NCBI GenBank assembly: GCA_963721085.1
Contig: CAVRHW010000015.1
Span: forward strand, 47,443-111,442
Length of the DNA: 64,000 nt
Source: an uncultured Gammaproteobacteria bacterium
GTDB taxonomy: Bacteria; Pseudomonadota; Gammaproteobacteria; SZUA-229
Direction: 5' to 3'
The notes beneath the pieces were generated by a model. That model was not told the origin of the DNA. It searched no databases and saw nothing but the letters and a program-made list of their open reading frames with translations. Shown here one piece after another: positions 32,667-43,556 of this stretch (position 1 is its first letter; the number at the start of each line of letters is the position of its first letter). The position numbers and the translations under genes are program-made.

Positions 32667-33647
32667 TTAAAAACCATGCGCATACATGAGTAACATGAGG
32701 ATCAGCAATGTAACAATCCAGCCCACGACGTATCGAAGCATTGCTCGCTTTGCTTTTTCTTTTTCCAGCCAGGTGCGCGGATGAATACCCTTTAAAAAGA
32801 AAACAATCTTGCTTGCCAGGTTGACGCATACAACGTTTATCGCAAGCAGCAGACCCGCGCCCATCGCAAGCGCCGGGTTTCCATCTCCGAGCATAATCCC
32901 CAGCGTCGCGGCAGGCGGCAGTAATGCCACGGCGACCATTACGCCTACCAGTATCCCTGATAGACCTGTAGTCAACGACAGTGCCGCCGCTGCACCTGAC
33001 GCAAGTGCCAGCAAAATGGAGTCGAGGGAGGCGTGGGTTCGCGACATGAGTTCATGGCTGGTCAGAGGTGATGGCCAAAGCGCGCCAAAGACCGCTGACA
33101 ATGCGACGGCCAGCAAAATGCCAACGAAAAGGGTATGGGCCGATTTCCGCATCAAGGCAGCATCGCCCAGGGCGGTGCCAAGGCTTAACGCAAGATTCGG
33201 CCCCAGCAGGGGCGTGATAACCATTGCACCAATCACGACGGCAATGTTGTTCTCGATAAGCCCGATGGTGGCCACGATGGTGGACAACACCACCAGCAGG
33301 TAAAAATTCAAATCAAGCCGTGCGCCTTTCTGAACATCTTCATAAAGCAGTTCTCGCGCAGCCGTTGCAGAGTCTTCTTTATTTTCTTCCTCCTCAACCA
33401 GCTTGGGCAAGGACGCCTCAACGGATAATACTACGATGTGAGTAGTGGGATGAGCGCCCAGCACGGTTTGCAGAGTGTCGAGAGCCAGTTGAAGATGGTC
33501 ATCATTGATCAGCATCCGCATCTGTTGCATGCCATCTTTGCCCACGACGCCGAGCCTGAAATCCATTGCATTTGCTTTCTCAGCGATGGCCGCGACAACA
33601 TCAGAACTATCAGCATCGGTGGTTATCTCGACGTATTTCATTGTCAT
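32667..33647 (-). CDS. TIGR00341/DUF389-type membrane protein
   Basis: VIGAMVITPLLGP, GVMVAVALLPP. Confidence 0.85.
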   Translation of the reverse strand: MTMKYVEITTDADSSDVVAAIAEKANAMDFRLGVVGKDGMQQMRMLINDDHLQLALDTLQTVLGAHPTTHIVVLSVEASLPKLVEEEENKEDSATAARELLYEDVQKGARLDLNFYLLVVLSTIVATIGLIENNIAVVIGAMVITPLLGPNLALSLGTALGDAALMRKSAHTLFVGILLAVALSAVFGALWPSPLTSHELMSRTHASLDSILLALASGAAAALSLTTGLSGILVGVMVAVALLPPAATLGIMLGDGNPALAMGAGLLLAINVVCVNLASKIVFFLKGIHPRTWLEKEKAKRAMLRYVVGWIVTLLILMLLMYAHGF

Positions 33648-33718
33648 AGTTCCTTGACGAACATTGTAGTCGTGGGCCTAATGTTCGCGGACTGGAGTCA
33701 GGGGCTTGAATTCAAACC

Positions 33719-34192
33719 TTAACTTATCCGTAACTCTTTTAAAGAGGCGAAGGCGCTGCTATTACTTATGTCTGGATTGATGCTCAACTCAAGAACAGTG
33801 ACTGCCGGAAGGTCTACCTGATATTCTTCAACTTCACAGGTTGTGTCTTCAGGGTTGAAGTTCCATTGCTGTCTTACAATTTCCCGGTACGATTGACCAC
33901 CGTCCGCAGACCAGCGCAACACATATTCCTGCGTACGTTCAATCTCTAATTCTTCAAACTTCAAGCTGATCCACTGCAGCTTCTGAGGATTATCGAACAC
34001 AAGCCTGATCGTCTGTTTTCCCTGAGCAGAGGCACGCCATCCCGAGCCTTTGCCAGGCAGCAGTGCAGACTCGACTGGAAATGCTTCTTCCTCTGAGGTG
34101 ACTTCAACGACCGCAATCTTCTCGATATCCAGCCATTCCTGATCAGAATCAATCTTTTGCTTCTCATCTAAATTGATAATTCTTTTACGCAT
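33719..34192 (-). CDS. galactose-binding-like domain protein
   Basis: Beta-sandwich pattern GWRAS...IRLVFD...REIVRQQWNF; AGGAG RBS. Confidence 0.7.
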   Translation of the reverse strand: MRKRIINLDEKQKIDSDQEWLDIEKIAVVEVTSEEEAFPVESALLPGKGSGWRASAQGKQTIRLVFDNPQKLQWISLKFEELEIERTQEYVLRWSADGGQSYREIVRQQWNFNPEDTTCEVEEYQVDLPAVTVLELSINPDISNSSAFASLKELRIS

Positions 34193-34787
34193 CAGGATGT
34201 CTCCTATGTTTAATCAATCGAGTCTGACCCTATCGATTTTTAGTAAGTAGCTCGTATGCTAACCCATCGTATAATAAGCGAGCTTTTTAACTCTGAAAGC
34301 AATAAATGCCTTTCTAATGCTGCTTATCTGCTCAGAACTTTTCCATGAATGCGCTTTGATCAACGCATTTGCATAGCGGTCTACGGTCGTGCTTTGGAAT
34401 TCCATTCCACGAAAGATCAGATCTGCGTTTATTATTCGCCAACACTATCTTGCGAATCAGAGACCATCCAATAGTGCTGATTTAAGTGCTCGGACATTTG
34501 ATGATCAATGTTTTACGCGATAGCAATGAGTTAATGGCCTGTTTCTATTGCTGATTTTGCGGTCGGAGAGCTTCGAAGTATCGGCAACATGTTCCAGTTA
34601 ATCATGCACGCTCAAGTGCTTGACAATAATCACGTCAGCGATATTAGCTGCTGGTTCATATGTCATCGCTGTGTCACGGCTTAATGTGCTGCCACCCAAA
34701 GCAATGAATTTCAATAGTACTCATGGCAGCCTCCTATTTTCGCTGTGTAGTAATGAGTGCGTTAATGACTGGCTGCAATATCTTGAA

Positions 34788-34929
34788 CTAGTTAAGACGA
34801 TTGTTGAAGGCAGCACCTGCGTTTACTTAACATTGCTGCCCAATGACTAATCGCTATGATATTTAATGATCTCTGCACATTCAGGCAGAATATTCTGTAG
34901 CGATCAGAATCTTGTCAATACTTGGCCAT
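34788..34929 (-). pseudogene. possible universal-stress-protein remnant
   Basis: After one indel reads M-A-SIDKILIATEYS, later LGSNVK; internal stops; far shorter than a USP. Confidence 0.3.
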
Positions 34930-35431
34930 TATTTCCCTTATTATTCTGTAGCTCTACTAGATTTTAAGTGCGAGGTGATCAAAATAATCTGCTCAATCAG
35001 AGAGTGACTTATAACTTCTAATAGGTGCTACCAAAATGCTGGGCTGATTTCAAAAACTATATGGGTATTGATTATTATATTCTGTCATGGTGCCAATATG
35101 CCAATTTATTTGCATTGTGCCATATGAATAATATAGCTCAATTCAGTGAAGCTCTCAATTTCTCATAATTTAATACGTGCACATATGGTTTATGTGCCGA
35201 CAGGAAATTCGCTACAAAGTCTATGCTGTCGAATCTTCATATTTCAGGCCTCACATAAGTGACTCACTACGAAAGTCTAAGATCACCTGCCAAGATGAGC
35301 ATATAATCTTGCAATTCGATGCAATAGTTGATTTGAAAGAGTGAAGATCAAACATGACGCTCTCCATTTAATTAATATTGATACACTAAAAATTGATTAC
35401 TCTGCCAGGCGTATATCTGTTACCATCAAAA

Positions 35432-35472
35432 AGTTTTTCTCCCCGTCCTCTGCGTCTCTGTGGTTTCGCCTT
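35432..35472 (-). repeat. solo CRCAGAG x3 repeat unit
   Basis: Reverse complement AAGGCGAAACCACAGAGACGCAGAGGACGGGGAGAAAAACT matches units at 47479-47754. Confidence 0.8.
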
Positions 35473-35489
35473 AAGCTTCTAGCGTTATA

Positions 35490-37166
35490 TCAAGCATTCG
35501 CATATTTATCCCGCAACTCACGCCGCAGTATCTTGCCCACATTGGTCTTGGGTAATTCATCAACAAAAACAAACCGTCTCGGCACTTTGTAATTCGTCAG
35601 CCCTTCGTGGCAGAAAGTTTTTAACGTGCTCTCGGTAAGCGCCGGATCTTTTTTGACAACCACAGCCATCACCAGCTCACCGACGGAAGGATCGGGTATA
35701 CCAATCACGCCCACTTCGGCGACACCGGGGTGTTCGGCAATGTAGGCTTCGACTTCGTTGGGGTACACGTTAAACCCGGAGACCAGGATCATGTCTTTCA
35801 TACGATCGACGATCTGTACATAGCCGTCTTCATCCATGAAACCGACATCCCCTGTGTGCAACCAGCCATCATTGCTGAGTACATTGGAAGTTTCTTTGGG
35901 TCGTCGCCAGTATTCCCGCATGACCTGCGGGCCGCGGATGCAGATTTCACCGGTTTCGCCTAACGGCAACGGGTTCCAGTCACTATCCTGGATCGAAACT
36001 TCGGTAGACGAAATCGGCAGGCCGATCTTGCCGTTGTATTCTTCCAGGTTCATCGGGTTGATACAGGCAGCGGGTGAGGTTTCGGTGAGGCCGTAGGCTT
36101 CGACCAGCGTGGTGCCGGTGATTTCTTTCCAGCGTTGTGCTACCACGCGCTGCACCGCCATGCCGCCACCGAGGGTGACACGGTAGGTAGAGAAATCGAT
36201 GTTTTTAAACTCGGGGTGGTTGAGCAGATGATTGAACAGCGTATTGACACCGGTCATGGCATCAAATTTTGTATGTTTGAGTTCTTTGACAAAACCATTG
36301 ATATCGCGCGGGTTGGTGATGAGATGGTTTAGCCAGCCGTATTTCATGAAGGTCAGGCAGTTCGCGGTGAGCGAAAAAATATGATACAGCGGTAATGCGG
36401 TAATGATGGTTCCCGGTTCAGTGCCAACCGCATCTTTGATCCATATAGAGGCCTGCAGCATATTCGCCACCATATTTCTGTGCGTGAGTACAGCGCCTTT
36501 GGCGACACCGGTGGTGCCGCCGGTATATTGCAGGAAAGCGATATCATTGTGGTTGCAGGAAGAGCTTTTGAAATCGTGTTGTGCACCGAGCTCGAGCGCC
36601 TGCTTGAAGTTGACCGAGCCAGGTAAGGAATAGGCGGGCACCATTTTTTTGATGTACTTGACGACAAGGTTGATGGCGAGGCTTTTGGGGAATTTAATCA
36701 GGTCTCCCATTTTGGTGGTGATGACATGTTTGATTTCGGTGTCGGCGATGACCTGCTGCAATACATGGCAGAAATTATCGACAATGATAATGGCTTTGGC
36801 GCCAGAGTCCTTGAGCTGGTGTTTAAGTTCGCGCGCGGTGTACAGTGGATTGGTGTTCACCACGACCAGGCCGGCACGCAGGATTGCAAAAATCGAAATC
36901 GGGTCCTGCAACAGATTCGGCATCATCACCGCAACGCGGTCGCCTTTTTCGAGCTTGAGTTCGTTTTTGAGATACGCGCCCAGCTGTGCAGTGTAGTTAT
37001 CGAGTTCGGCGTAGCTAATGGTGGTTCCGAAATTGCAATAGGCCGGGCGTTCGGCGAATTTTTTTACATGCGTGTCGAAAATATCGCCGACCGACGAAAA
37101 CTCCTCCAGTGAAATTTCTGCGGGCATACCTGCCGGATAACTTTTCAGCCAGGGCTTGTCGGTCAT
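35490..37166 (-). CDS. fadD: long-chain fatty acid-CoA ligase
   Basis: LQYTGGTTGVAKG, EAYGLTETSP, GWLHTGD, DRMKDMILVSGFNVYP, PKTNVGKILRR. Confidence 0.92.
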   Translation of the reverse strand: MTDKPWLKSYPAGMPAEISLEEFSSVGDIFDTHVKKFAERPAYCNFGTTISYAELDNYTAQLGAYLKNELKLEKGDRVAVMMPNLLQDPISIFAILRAGLVVVNTNPLYTARELKHQLKDSGAKAIIIVDNFCHVLQQVIADTEIKHVITTKMGDLIKFPKSLAINLVVKYIKKMVPAYSLPGSVNFKQALELGAQHDFKSSSCNHNDIAFLQYTGGTTGVAKGAVLTHRNMVANMLQASIWIKDAVGTEPGTIITALPLYHIFSLTANCLTFMKYGWLNHLITNPRDINGFVKELKHTKFDAMTGVNTLFNHLLNHPEFKNIDFSTYRVTLGGGMAVQRVVAQRWKEITGTTLVEAYGLTETSPAACINPMNLEEYNGKIGLPISSTEVSIQDSDWNPLPLGETGEICIRGPQVMREYWRRPKETSNVLSNDGWLHTGDVGFMDEDGYVQIVDRMKDMILVSGFNVYPNEVEAYIAEHPGVAEVGVIGIPDPSVGELVMAVVVKKDPALTESTLKTFCHEGLTNYKVPRRFVFVDELPKTNVGKILRRELRDKYANA

Positions 37167-37292
37167 TACGGTTCTCCTTGATGATGCATGCGACAAGATT
37201 ACCGCCTCGAGCTCTTAATTGCATCATCATCATTCGTATATAAGACTTACATTATTAAAGAATAATGTGATTGAGGCTGATTTAGAGCAGGT

Positions 37293-38558
37293 TTAATTGT
37301 GTCGCCACCATAATGATAGTTCAGGGATGTAGGTAATCAGCAATAGCCAGATAATCATCAGGCTTAAAAATGGCAGGGTGGATCTGAATAGTGTCACCAC
37401 CGATTTGCCAAAACGCTGGCTGGCGATGAACAGATTAATGCCGACAGGGGGTGTCGAATAACCGATTTCCAGGTTAGCAAGAAAAATCACGCCCAGGTGT
37501 ATCGGATCAATACCGTAGCGGGTTGCCAGCGGCAGTATCAAAGGCACCACGACGATGATGGCGGAAAAGATATCCATCATCGCGCCGACCAGCAGCAGAA
37601 ATAAATTCAGTATCAATAAAAACTGCAGCTTGCTGGAAATGTGGGTTTCGATCAATGCCAGCAATTTCATCGGCAACTGGGCATCGATCAGAAGATTGGT
37701 CAGACCCAGTGCCACCAGCAGAATGATCAGCAGGCTGCCGACCAGAATGCAGGTTTGTATACACAGAGAGTAGAGCTGGTTATCGAGTTTGATCTCTCTG
37801 TAAACCACCGTTTCAACAAACAACACGTAGGCCGCGGTGACCGCAGCCGCTTCGACGATAGAAACATAACCACCGAAAATACCCCAGACGATACCGACCG
37901 GTAAAAACAGGTCCCATATCGCGCCGTGCGTGGCGCTGATTAATTTTTTTAGTTCAAACGGGTGGCGAATGGCTTTGGCCTGTCCGCCGCGCAACATGCT
38001 GTAGCTGGCAAGAATCAGTAGCAGTACCAGGCCGGGCACAATGCCGGCATAAAACATCTGGTCGATGCCAACACCTGCGACGATACCGTAGACCAGGATC
38101 GCCAGGCTGGGTGGGAACAACAGGCCCAGTGAACCCGAGGTGGTGAGCAGACCGAGACTGAAGTTTTCACCATAGCCTTCGCTTTTCAGGATGGGATAAA
38201 ACAGGCCGCCGAGCGCGAGAATGGTGACACCCGAAGCACCGGAAAAGGCAGTAAAAAAGGCACAGGCAGACAGTGCCGCAATTGCAATACCGCCGGGCAA
38301 CCAGCCCAGTGCTGCACGGTAAAAAGAGGCGAGACGCTGTGGCGCGCCGCCACCGGACATCAGCACCCCGGCGAAAGTGAACAGCGGAATCGCGAGCATG
38401 CTGGGTGAGCTCGCCAGCCGGTTCATTTCCACGATCAGAATGTTCGGCGTGATATCGCTGGCAAAACTTGTCAGTACGCCGCCTGCCGCGAGCACGGTAA
38501 ACAGCGGCGCGCCGAGCAGGGCAATAATGATCAGCAAAAAAACAGCGAGCAGCATCAC
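37293..38558 (-). CDS. dctM: TRAP transporter large permease
   Basis: LAIPLFTFAG, SGSLGLLFPPS, GYSTPPVGINLF. Confidence 0.9.
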   Translation of the reverse strand: MMLLAVFLLIIIALLGAPLFTVLAAGGVLTSFASDITPNILIVEMNRLASSPSMLAIPLFTFAGVLMSGGGAPQRLASFYRAALGWLPGGIAIAALSACAFFTAFSGASGVTILALGGLFYPILKSEGYGENFSLGLLTTSGSLGLLFPPSLAILVYGIVAGVGIDQMFYAGIVPGLVLLLILASYSMLRGGQAKAIRHPFELKKLISATHGAIWDLFLPVGIVWGIFGGYVSIVEAAAVTAAYVLFVETVVYREIKLDNQLYSLCIQTCILVGSLLIILLVALGLTNLLIDAQLPMKLLALIETHISSKLQFLLILNLFLLLVGAMMDIFSAIIVVVPLILPLATRYGIDPIHLGVIFLANLEIGYSTPPVGINLFIASQRFGKSVVTLFRSTLPFLSLMIIWLLLITYIPELSLWWRHN

Positions 38559-39022
38559 GATGTTTTCGGCCTGAAGCACAACATGATGAAATGAAAACTC
38601 AGCAGCGCAAAGCCCAGCGGGTACATCAGGGTAAAAGGCAGGGCCCAGCGTTCGTTGACTGGTTCGTACCGCCACTCGTCAAGGCAAAACTGCACCGCGT
38701 AATAACACATGACCGCGCAGACAATCGCGGAAAACACCGCAACAGGAAAGCGCAGTAAAGACAGCTGACGTTCAGATAATAAAGGTGTTAGTGCATCGAT
38801 TTTGATGTGGCGCATTCTGGACGTGGCCAGCACCGCTCCGAACATGCCACACATCACCAGCAGATTGCGCGTGATGACTTCGATTTCCGGATAACCGAAA
38901 TCAAAAAAATCACGCAACACAATTTGTAACAGCATAAGCGCGAGCAGCAACAGCAGGCTGCCAGCAGCAAACAGGCTTTCTATTCGGATCAGGGTACGTT
39001 CGACAGCGTGTAACCAGCGCAT
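38555..39022 (-). CDS. dctQ: TRAP transporter small permease
   Basis: 4 TM, GAVLAT...HIKIDAL. Confidence 0.88.
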   Translation of the reverse strand: MRWLHAVERTLIRIESLFAAGSLLLLLALMLLQIVLRDFFDFGYPEIEVITRNLLVMCGMFGAVLATSRMRHIKIDALTPLLSERQLSLLRFPVAVFSAIVCAVMCYYAVQFCLDEWRYEPVNERWALPFTLMYPLGFALLSFHFIMLCFRPKTS

Positions 39023-39030
39023 ACCTGGCG

Positions 39031-40053
39031 TTATTTCTTGTCGGCCGGATGTTGCCTGCGATAATCGCTGACCAGCTGGCGTGCGCGATTAAAAAAGTCC
39101 GCAGAAATGTAATTGCTTTTGACGAGATACGCCGCGGCGCGATCACGGATGTCGTATAACTGCTTCAGATCGGTCTGGTTCCAGTCCCAGAGAAACTGGA
39201 TACCGTTTTGTTTCAGTATCGCGATGCTTTTCCGATTTTGTATGCGTGCGTCATCGCGGATCCGGTCGCTCGCGCGCTTACCCGTGTCTCTTAACATCTG
39301 TTGCAAATCAGGCGGCAGTTTGTCGAAAAAACGGTTGCTGACAACCAGCCCGCCGATGCCATTGGTAAAAGGAATTTTGGTGGCGTAATTCAGCTTGCTA
39401 TACCATTGCAGTGCAATCGCGCCGAAGGTTGAGATGTATACCGTGTCGATGCTGCTATGCGCGGATGATAGCTGTGCATACACATCAATAATTGAAAGCG
39501 GTACTGGTGAAATATCCGCAGCGTCAAAAAAAGCTTCACCCAGCGGGTCACCCTGCCATAGCCAGATACGGCTCTTACGAACATCGTCAATGGATTCTAT
39601 TTTGTGTTTGGAAAAAATACGAATAAAGCCGATTTCGGGCCAGCCCAGCAACTCAAAACCATTTTTACGGAAACCCCGTTTGATGTCGGGCATTAACTGG
39701 TCGCGTACATAATCCGATTCGTCGGTATTTCTGAACAAAAAAGGTATTTCGAGCACGCGCGCTGAAGAATAGATTCGACCGATGCCGTAGCCGGTGAACA
39801 TGCCACCCTGCAATTCATTCAGGCGAATTTTGCGCAATACATCGGGTTCGTCACCCATGACGCCACCGGAGTACATTTTTATTTTGATGCGCCCCTGGCT
39901 TCTGGTCTCGACTTCTTTGACCCAGTTATCGAGAATTTTTGACCAGGCCGTACCCGTGGGCATCAGCGTAGCGAATTTAAGAGTATAGGTTTTGGCGCTA
40001 ACAGATTGCAGTGAAAACAGTAAGCAGCAGAACAGGAGCAGTCTTAAAACCAT
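39031..40053 (-). CDS. dctP: TRAP substrate-binding protein (TatP-type)
   Basis: LKFATLMPTGTAW, GGVMGDEPDVLRKIR. Confidence 0.9.
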   Translation of the reverse strand: MVLRLLLFCCLLFSLQSVSAKTYTLKFATLMPTGTAWSKILDNWVKEVETRSQGRIKIKMYSGGVMGDEPDVLRKIRLNELQGGMFTGYGIGRIYSSARVLEIPFLFRNTDESDYVRDQLMPDIKRGFRKNGFELLGWPEIGFIRIFSKHKIESIDDVRKSRIWLWQGDPLGEAFFDAADISPVPLSIIDVYAQLSSAHSSIDTVYISTFGAIALQWYSKLNYATKIPFTNGIGGLVVSNRFFDKLPPDLQQMLRDTGKRASDRIRDDARIQNRKSIAILKQNGIQFLWDWNQTDLKQLYDIRDRAAAYLVKSNYISADFFNRARQLVSDYRRQHPADKK

Positions 40054-40904
40054 TCACTTTCCTTCCAGCTTTTGAGTAAATGCGCAGCCTTGCGTTTTGC
40101 GATTTTATTGATCAGCGCCAGTTCAGGGTAAAGATCATCGGGCGCATTTACAATTCGGGTGAGTCGTTTAACAAAATCATCGTGGTCGAGTTGCTGGTGT
40201 GCCAGGTATTGCGCCTGCAATAAATCGGGCATCAATAATTTATTGTGAGTGACCGCGCGTGCGCGGTCAAAAAATTCACGTGATTTTTTGAAATTGCCGC
40301 CGAGTACGGGAGAACGACTGCCGTAGTACACGCCGAAGTACATGTCTGCGCCACCATAATAATAATCTTCTTCCAGATCGAGAACGCGTTGCATCAAAGC
40401 GGTAGGGCGGGGCAGTTGTGCCAGGCTGGCAGCGCTATCACGATGCATATCGATCCATTTCGCCCAGTTGCTTGCGGTCCAGAACATGGCGGGCACATCG
40501 CTTTTGGTCATTTTGCTGACCTGTTTTTCAAAATCGGCGATGGGTGTGGTTCTTAGATTATGTGCCCCTTCGAGCTCCAGCGCCTTGAGACCATGATTTA
40601 GTCCGCGAGCATAAAACGATGCGGCGCGTTGCGGGTTAGTGTCTTCATTAAATCCAAACGCCAGACCGTAATAGGCCTGCGCTGCATAAGTATGCAGTTT
40701 GACATTGCCTGGATCAATATTGATCATGCCCTCGAGCATTTCGATGTTGGCGGGAATCGACTGCTCTGCAAGCTGAAGGTCGGTTTCGCGATTGAGCGCG
40801 TCTATGCCGCCTGCAATCATTGGGGTCGAGGCGCTGACCAGCATCTTGTTGAAAGAGCAGGCGCTCAGCATGACTAGCAGGAATGAGATACAGAATATAC
40901 GCAC
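40044..40904 (-). CDS. TRAP-T (TatT) lipoprotein component
   Basis: Lipobox LSAC, TPR-like helices, overlaps dctP start. Confidence 0.85.
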   Translation of the reverse strand: MRIFCISFLLVMLSACSFNKMLVSASTPMIAGGIDALNRETDLQLAEQSIPANIEMLEGMINIDPGNVKLHTYAAQAYYGLAFGFNEDTNPQRAASFYARGLNHGLKALELEGAHNLRTTPIADFEKQVSKMTKSDVPAMFWTASNWAKWIDMHRDSAASLAQLPRPTALMQRVLDLEEDYYYGGADMYFGVYYGSRSPVLGGNFKKSREFFDRARAVTHNKLLMPDLLQAQYLAHQQLDHDDFVKRLTRIVNAPDDLYPELALINKIAKRKAAHLLKSWKESEWF

Positions 40905-41027
40905 GCAATATTCTCCATGAAGACGACTGTGCGGGAACAGCTGTTGCTGCCGCCAAGCATAACTTAAAATCTCGTGAGTTTCTCTTATTAAAACCGCCCT
41001 GAATAACCGCTGTGCAAAATCACGGGC

Positions 41028-41627
41028 TTATTTCAATTCCATCGCCATGGCTTCAATGTCGTGGCGATGCAGAGCATCAAGATTGCGGTACATCTCGGTC
41101 GTGCTGCGAAATGGTCCGACACGTACACGATACCAGTTCTCACCGCTAACCGAGACTTTCTGGATGCTGGCTTCAAAGCCCAGCAGTGCCAGCCTGGCCT
41201 TGAATTTTTCAGCGTCATCCGGGTTGCGTAATGAACTGACCTGCAGAATATATTGTTTTTTGGCCGTCGTGGCACTGCTATCAGCAGAGCCTTTGTTTTT
41301 TCCCGGCATCGTGGTTTCGGAATCCGGGATCAGTACTTCCAGTTCGGGCAGGATCGTGTAGAAATTGAACTTGGGTTTTTTGGTTTTTTTGTCGTCTGGT
41401 TTTTTATGATCAGGCTTTTCTTCTGTTTTGGCACTGGTGGTTGTGTGCAGCTTGTTCAGCTCCTGCTGTACTGCTGTACCAAAAGAGGGGTGATTGTCCG
41501 GCTGTTTTGAGAGATACACAATCAGGGTTACAAACAGACCCAGCGCAAGACCGGAAACAAACCAGAGAAACCCCGGCATCGGTTTTTTTTCACGACCATT
41601 ACCGCGGCCTTTGTAATCGGATGGCAT
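41028..41627 (-). CDS. SPOR-domain cell division protein (FtsN-like)
   Basis: N-terminal DY + TM, FNFYTILP, YILQVSS...WYRVRVGPF; follows argS. Confidence 0.85.
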   Translation of the reverse strand: MPSDYKGRGNGREKKPMPGFLWFVSGLALGLFVTLIVYLSKQPDNHPSFGTAVQQELNKLHTTTSAKTEEKPDHKKPDDKKTKKPKFNFYTILPELEVLIPDSETTMPGKNKGSADSSATTAKKQYILQVSSLRNPDDAEKFKARLALLGFEASIQKVSVSGENWYRVRVGPFRSTTEMYRNLDALHRHDIEAMAMELK

Positions 41628-43389
41628 TACATGCTCTCAGGCGCGCTAACGCCGAGTAGTTCAAGTCCATTGCATAATACCTGACGCGTAGCGTTGATCA
41701 GGTTCAGTCGCGCATCACGCAGTTTGCTGTCATCGACAATAAATGCGTGCGCATTGTAATAACTGTGAAATGCATTGGCGAGATCGCGACAATAATGCGC
41801 CAGCGCGTGTGGTTCGGCATTGACCGCAGCTTTTTCCAGCGTGTCTGGATATGCGGCCAGCCTGGTGATCAGTTCGTTTTCGTGTGTTTCAGTTAGCAAT
41901 TCAAGATTTGCATTGCCTGCTGGCGACATCGTGCACCAGGTTTTTTTCTGCAAGCTGTCGCATCACGCTGCAAACACGCGCGTGTGCATACTGAATGTAA
42001 TACACCGGATTGTCATTGCTCTGCGATTTTGCCAGATCAAGATCGAAATCCATGTGCTGTTCGCATTTGCGCATCACGTAAAAGAATCGCGCCGCATCCT
42101 TGCCCACTTCTTCGCGTAATTCGCGCAGGGTGACAAAGGAGCCCGAGCGTGTCGACATCTGGATGCGTTCCGCGCCACGGTACAAAATGGCAAACTGCAC
42201 CAGCAGAATATCGATCTTGCTGTCGTCCTTGCCGAGTGCGTGCATTGCGGATTTCACACGTTTCACATAACCGTGATGGTCCGCACCCCAGATATTGATC
42301 AGGCGATCATAACCGCGCTCGAACTTGTCGAGATGATAAGCGATGTCGGATGCAAAATAGGTCACCTGCCCATTGTCGCGTACCACGACACGGTCTTTTT
42401 CGTCGCCGAAATCGGTCGATCGGAACCACAGTGCTCCTTGTTTTTCGTAAAGCTGTCCGTGGTCTTGCAGTTGCTTGATGGCCTTGTCGATCAGACCACG
42501 TTCGGCGAGTGACTGCTCCGAGTACCAGTTTTCGTAATGCACACCAAATTCTTCGAGGTCTTCGCGGATGTCATCGAGAATGGCGTCCAGCCCGGCATCG
42601 AATACCGTGCCGTAGTCGGAGGCCAACAGTCCGCGTGCGCGTTCAATCAGTGCATCGATGTGTTCGTCCTTGTCGCCACCGTCGGGTTCGTCCGGCGGGA
42701 TGCCATCCATCACGGTTCTGGCATCGCGTACCAGGGCATCGCCGTGCTCCTGTTTCAGGCTGCGCGCGATATCGTAAATATAGTTTTCGCTTTTGTAGCC
42801 ATTGCTCGGAAAAGGTGATCTCGATGCCGTTTTCCTGCAGATAGCGCAGCCAGACACTGACCGCGAGAATATTCATCTGGCGGCCGGCATCGTTGACATA
42901 ATATTCGCAGTCGACATCAAAACCGACCGCGCGCATCAACGAAGCCACGGTAGCGCCGTAAGCAGCACCACGACCGTGACCGACGTGCAAAGGGCCGGTG
43001 GGATTGGCGGAGACAAATTCGAGCTGGATTTTTTCACCCTTGCCGACTTCGGAGCGGCCAAAGCGTTCGCCCTGTTCCAGAATCTCGCGGATGATATCGA
43101 GTGCGGTATCGCTGGTCAGGTAAAAATTGATAAAGCCCGGACCGGCAATTTCGGTTTTTGCCACGGCTTTATCCGCAGGCAGGGCGGCGACAATTTTTTC
43201 GGCCAGCGCGCGCGGCGCCATGCCCGCCGGTTTGGCCAGCGCCATCGCGATGTTGCAGGCGAAATCACCATGGCTGAGATCACGGCTGCGGGTGACCACG
43301 ATCGAAGGCGAGATTTCGCTGCCGAGCACGCCTTCGTGCTGTAACTGGGTGATGGACTGCGCTAGCAGGTTTTCTATTCTGGTTTTCAA
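41627..43389 (-). CDS. argS: arginine-tRNA ligase (indels near 42810 and 41925)
   Basis: [47 protein letters not shown]. Confidence 0.96.
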
Positions 43390-43446
43390 AGGATTTGCTA
43401 TTTACGGCTTGCAAGTCAGGGGCGTGAGTTTAACAGCGAACAAACG

Positions 43447-43553
43447 GCAATGAATAATGAAAAATTAATAATGAATAATGGAAAACCAGAACCAGACCAG
43501 GATTTGAGCCGTTTTTTTACTTTGTTCATTATCCATTATTAATTATTCATTGC
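43447..43553. repeat. inverted arrays of 7-nt AATGAAT-like repeats
   Basis: Left arm GCAATGAATAATGAAAAATTAATAATGAATAATGGA; right arm reverse complement GCAATGAATAATTAATAATGGATAATGAACAAA. Confidence 0.8.
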
Positions 43554-43556
43554 TTC

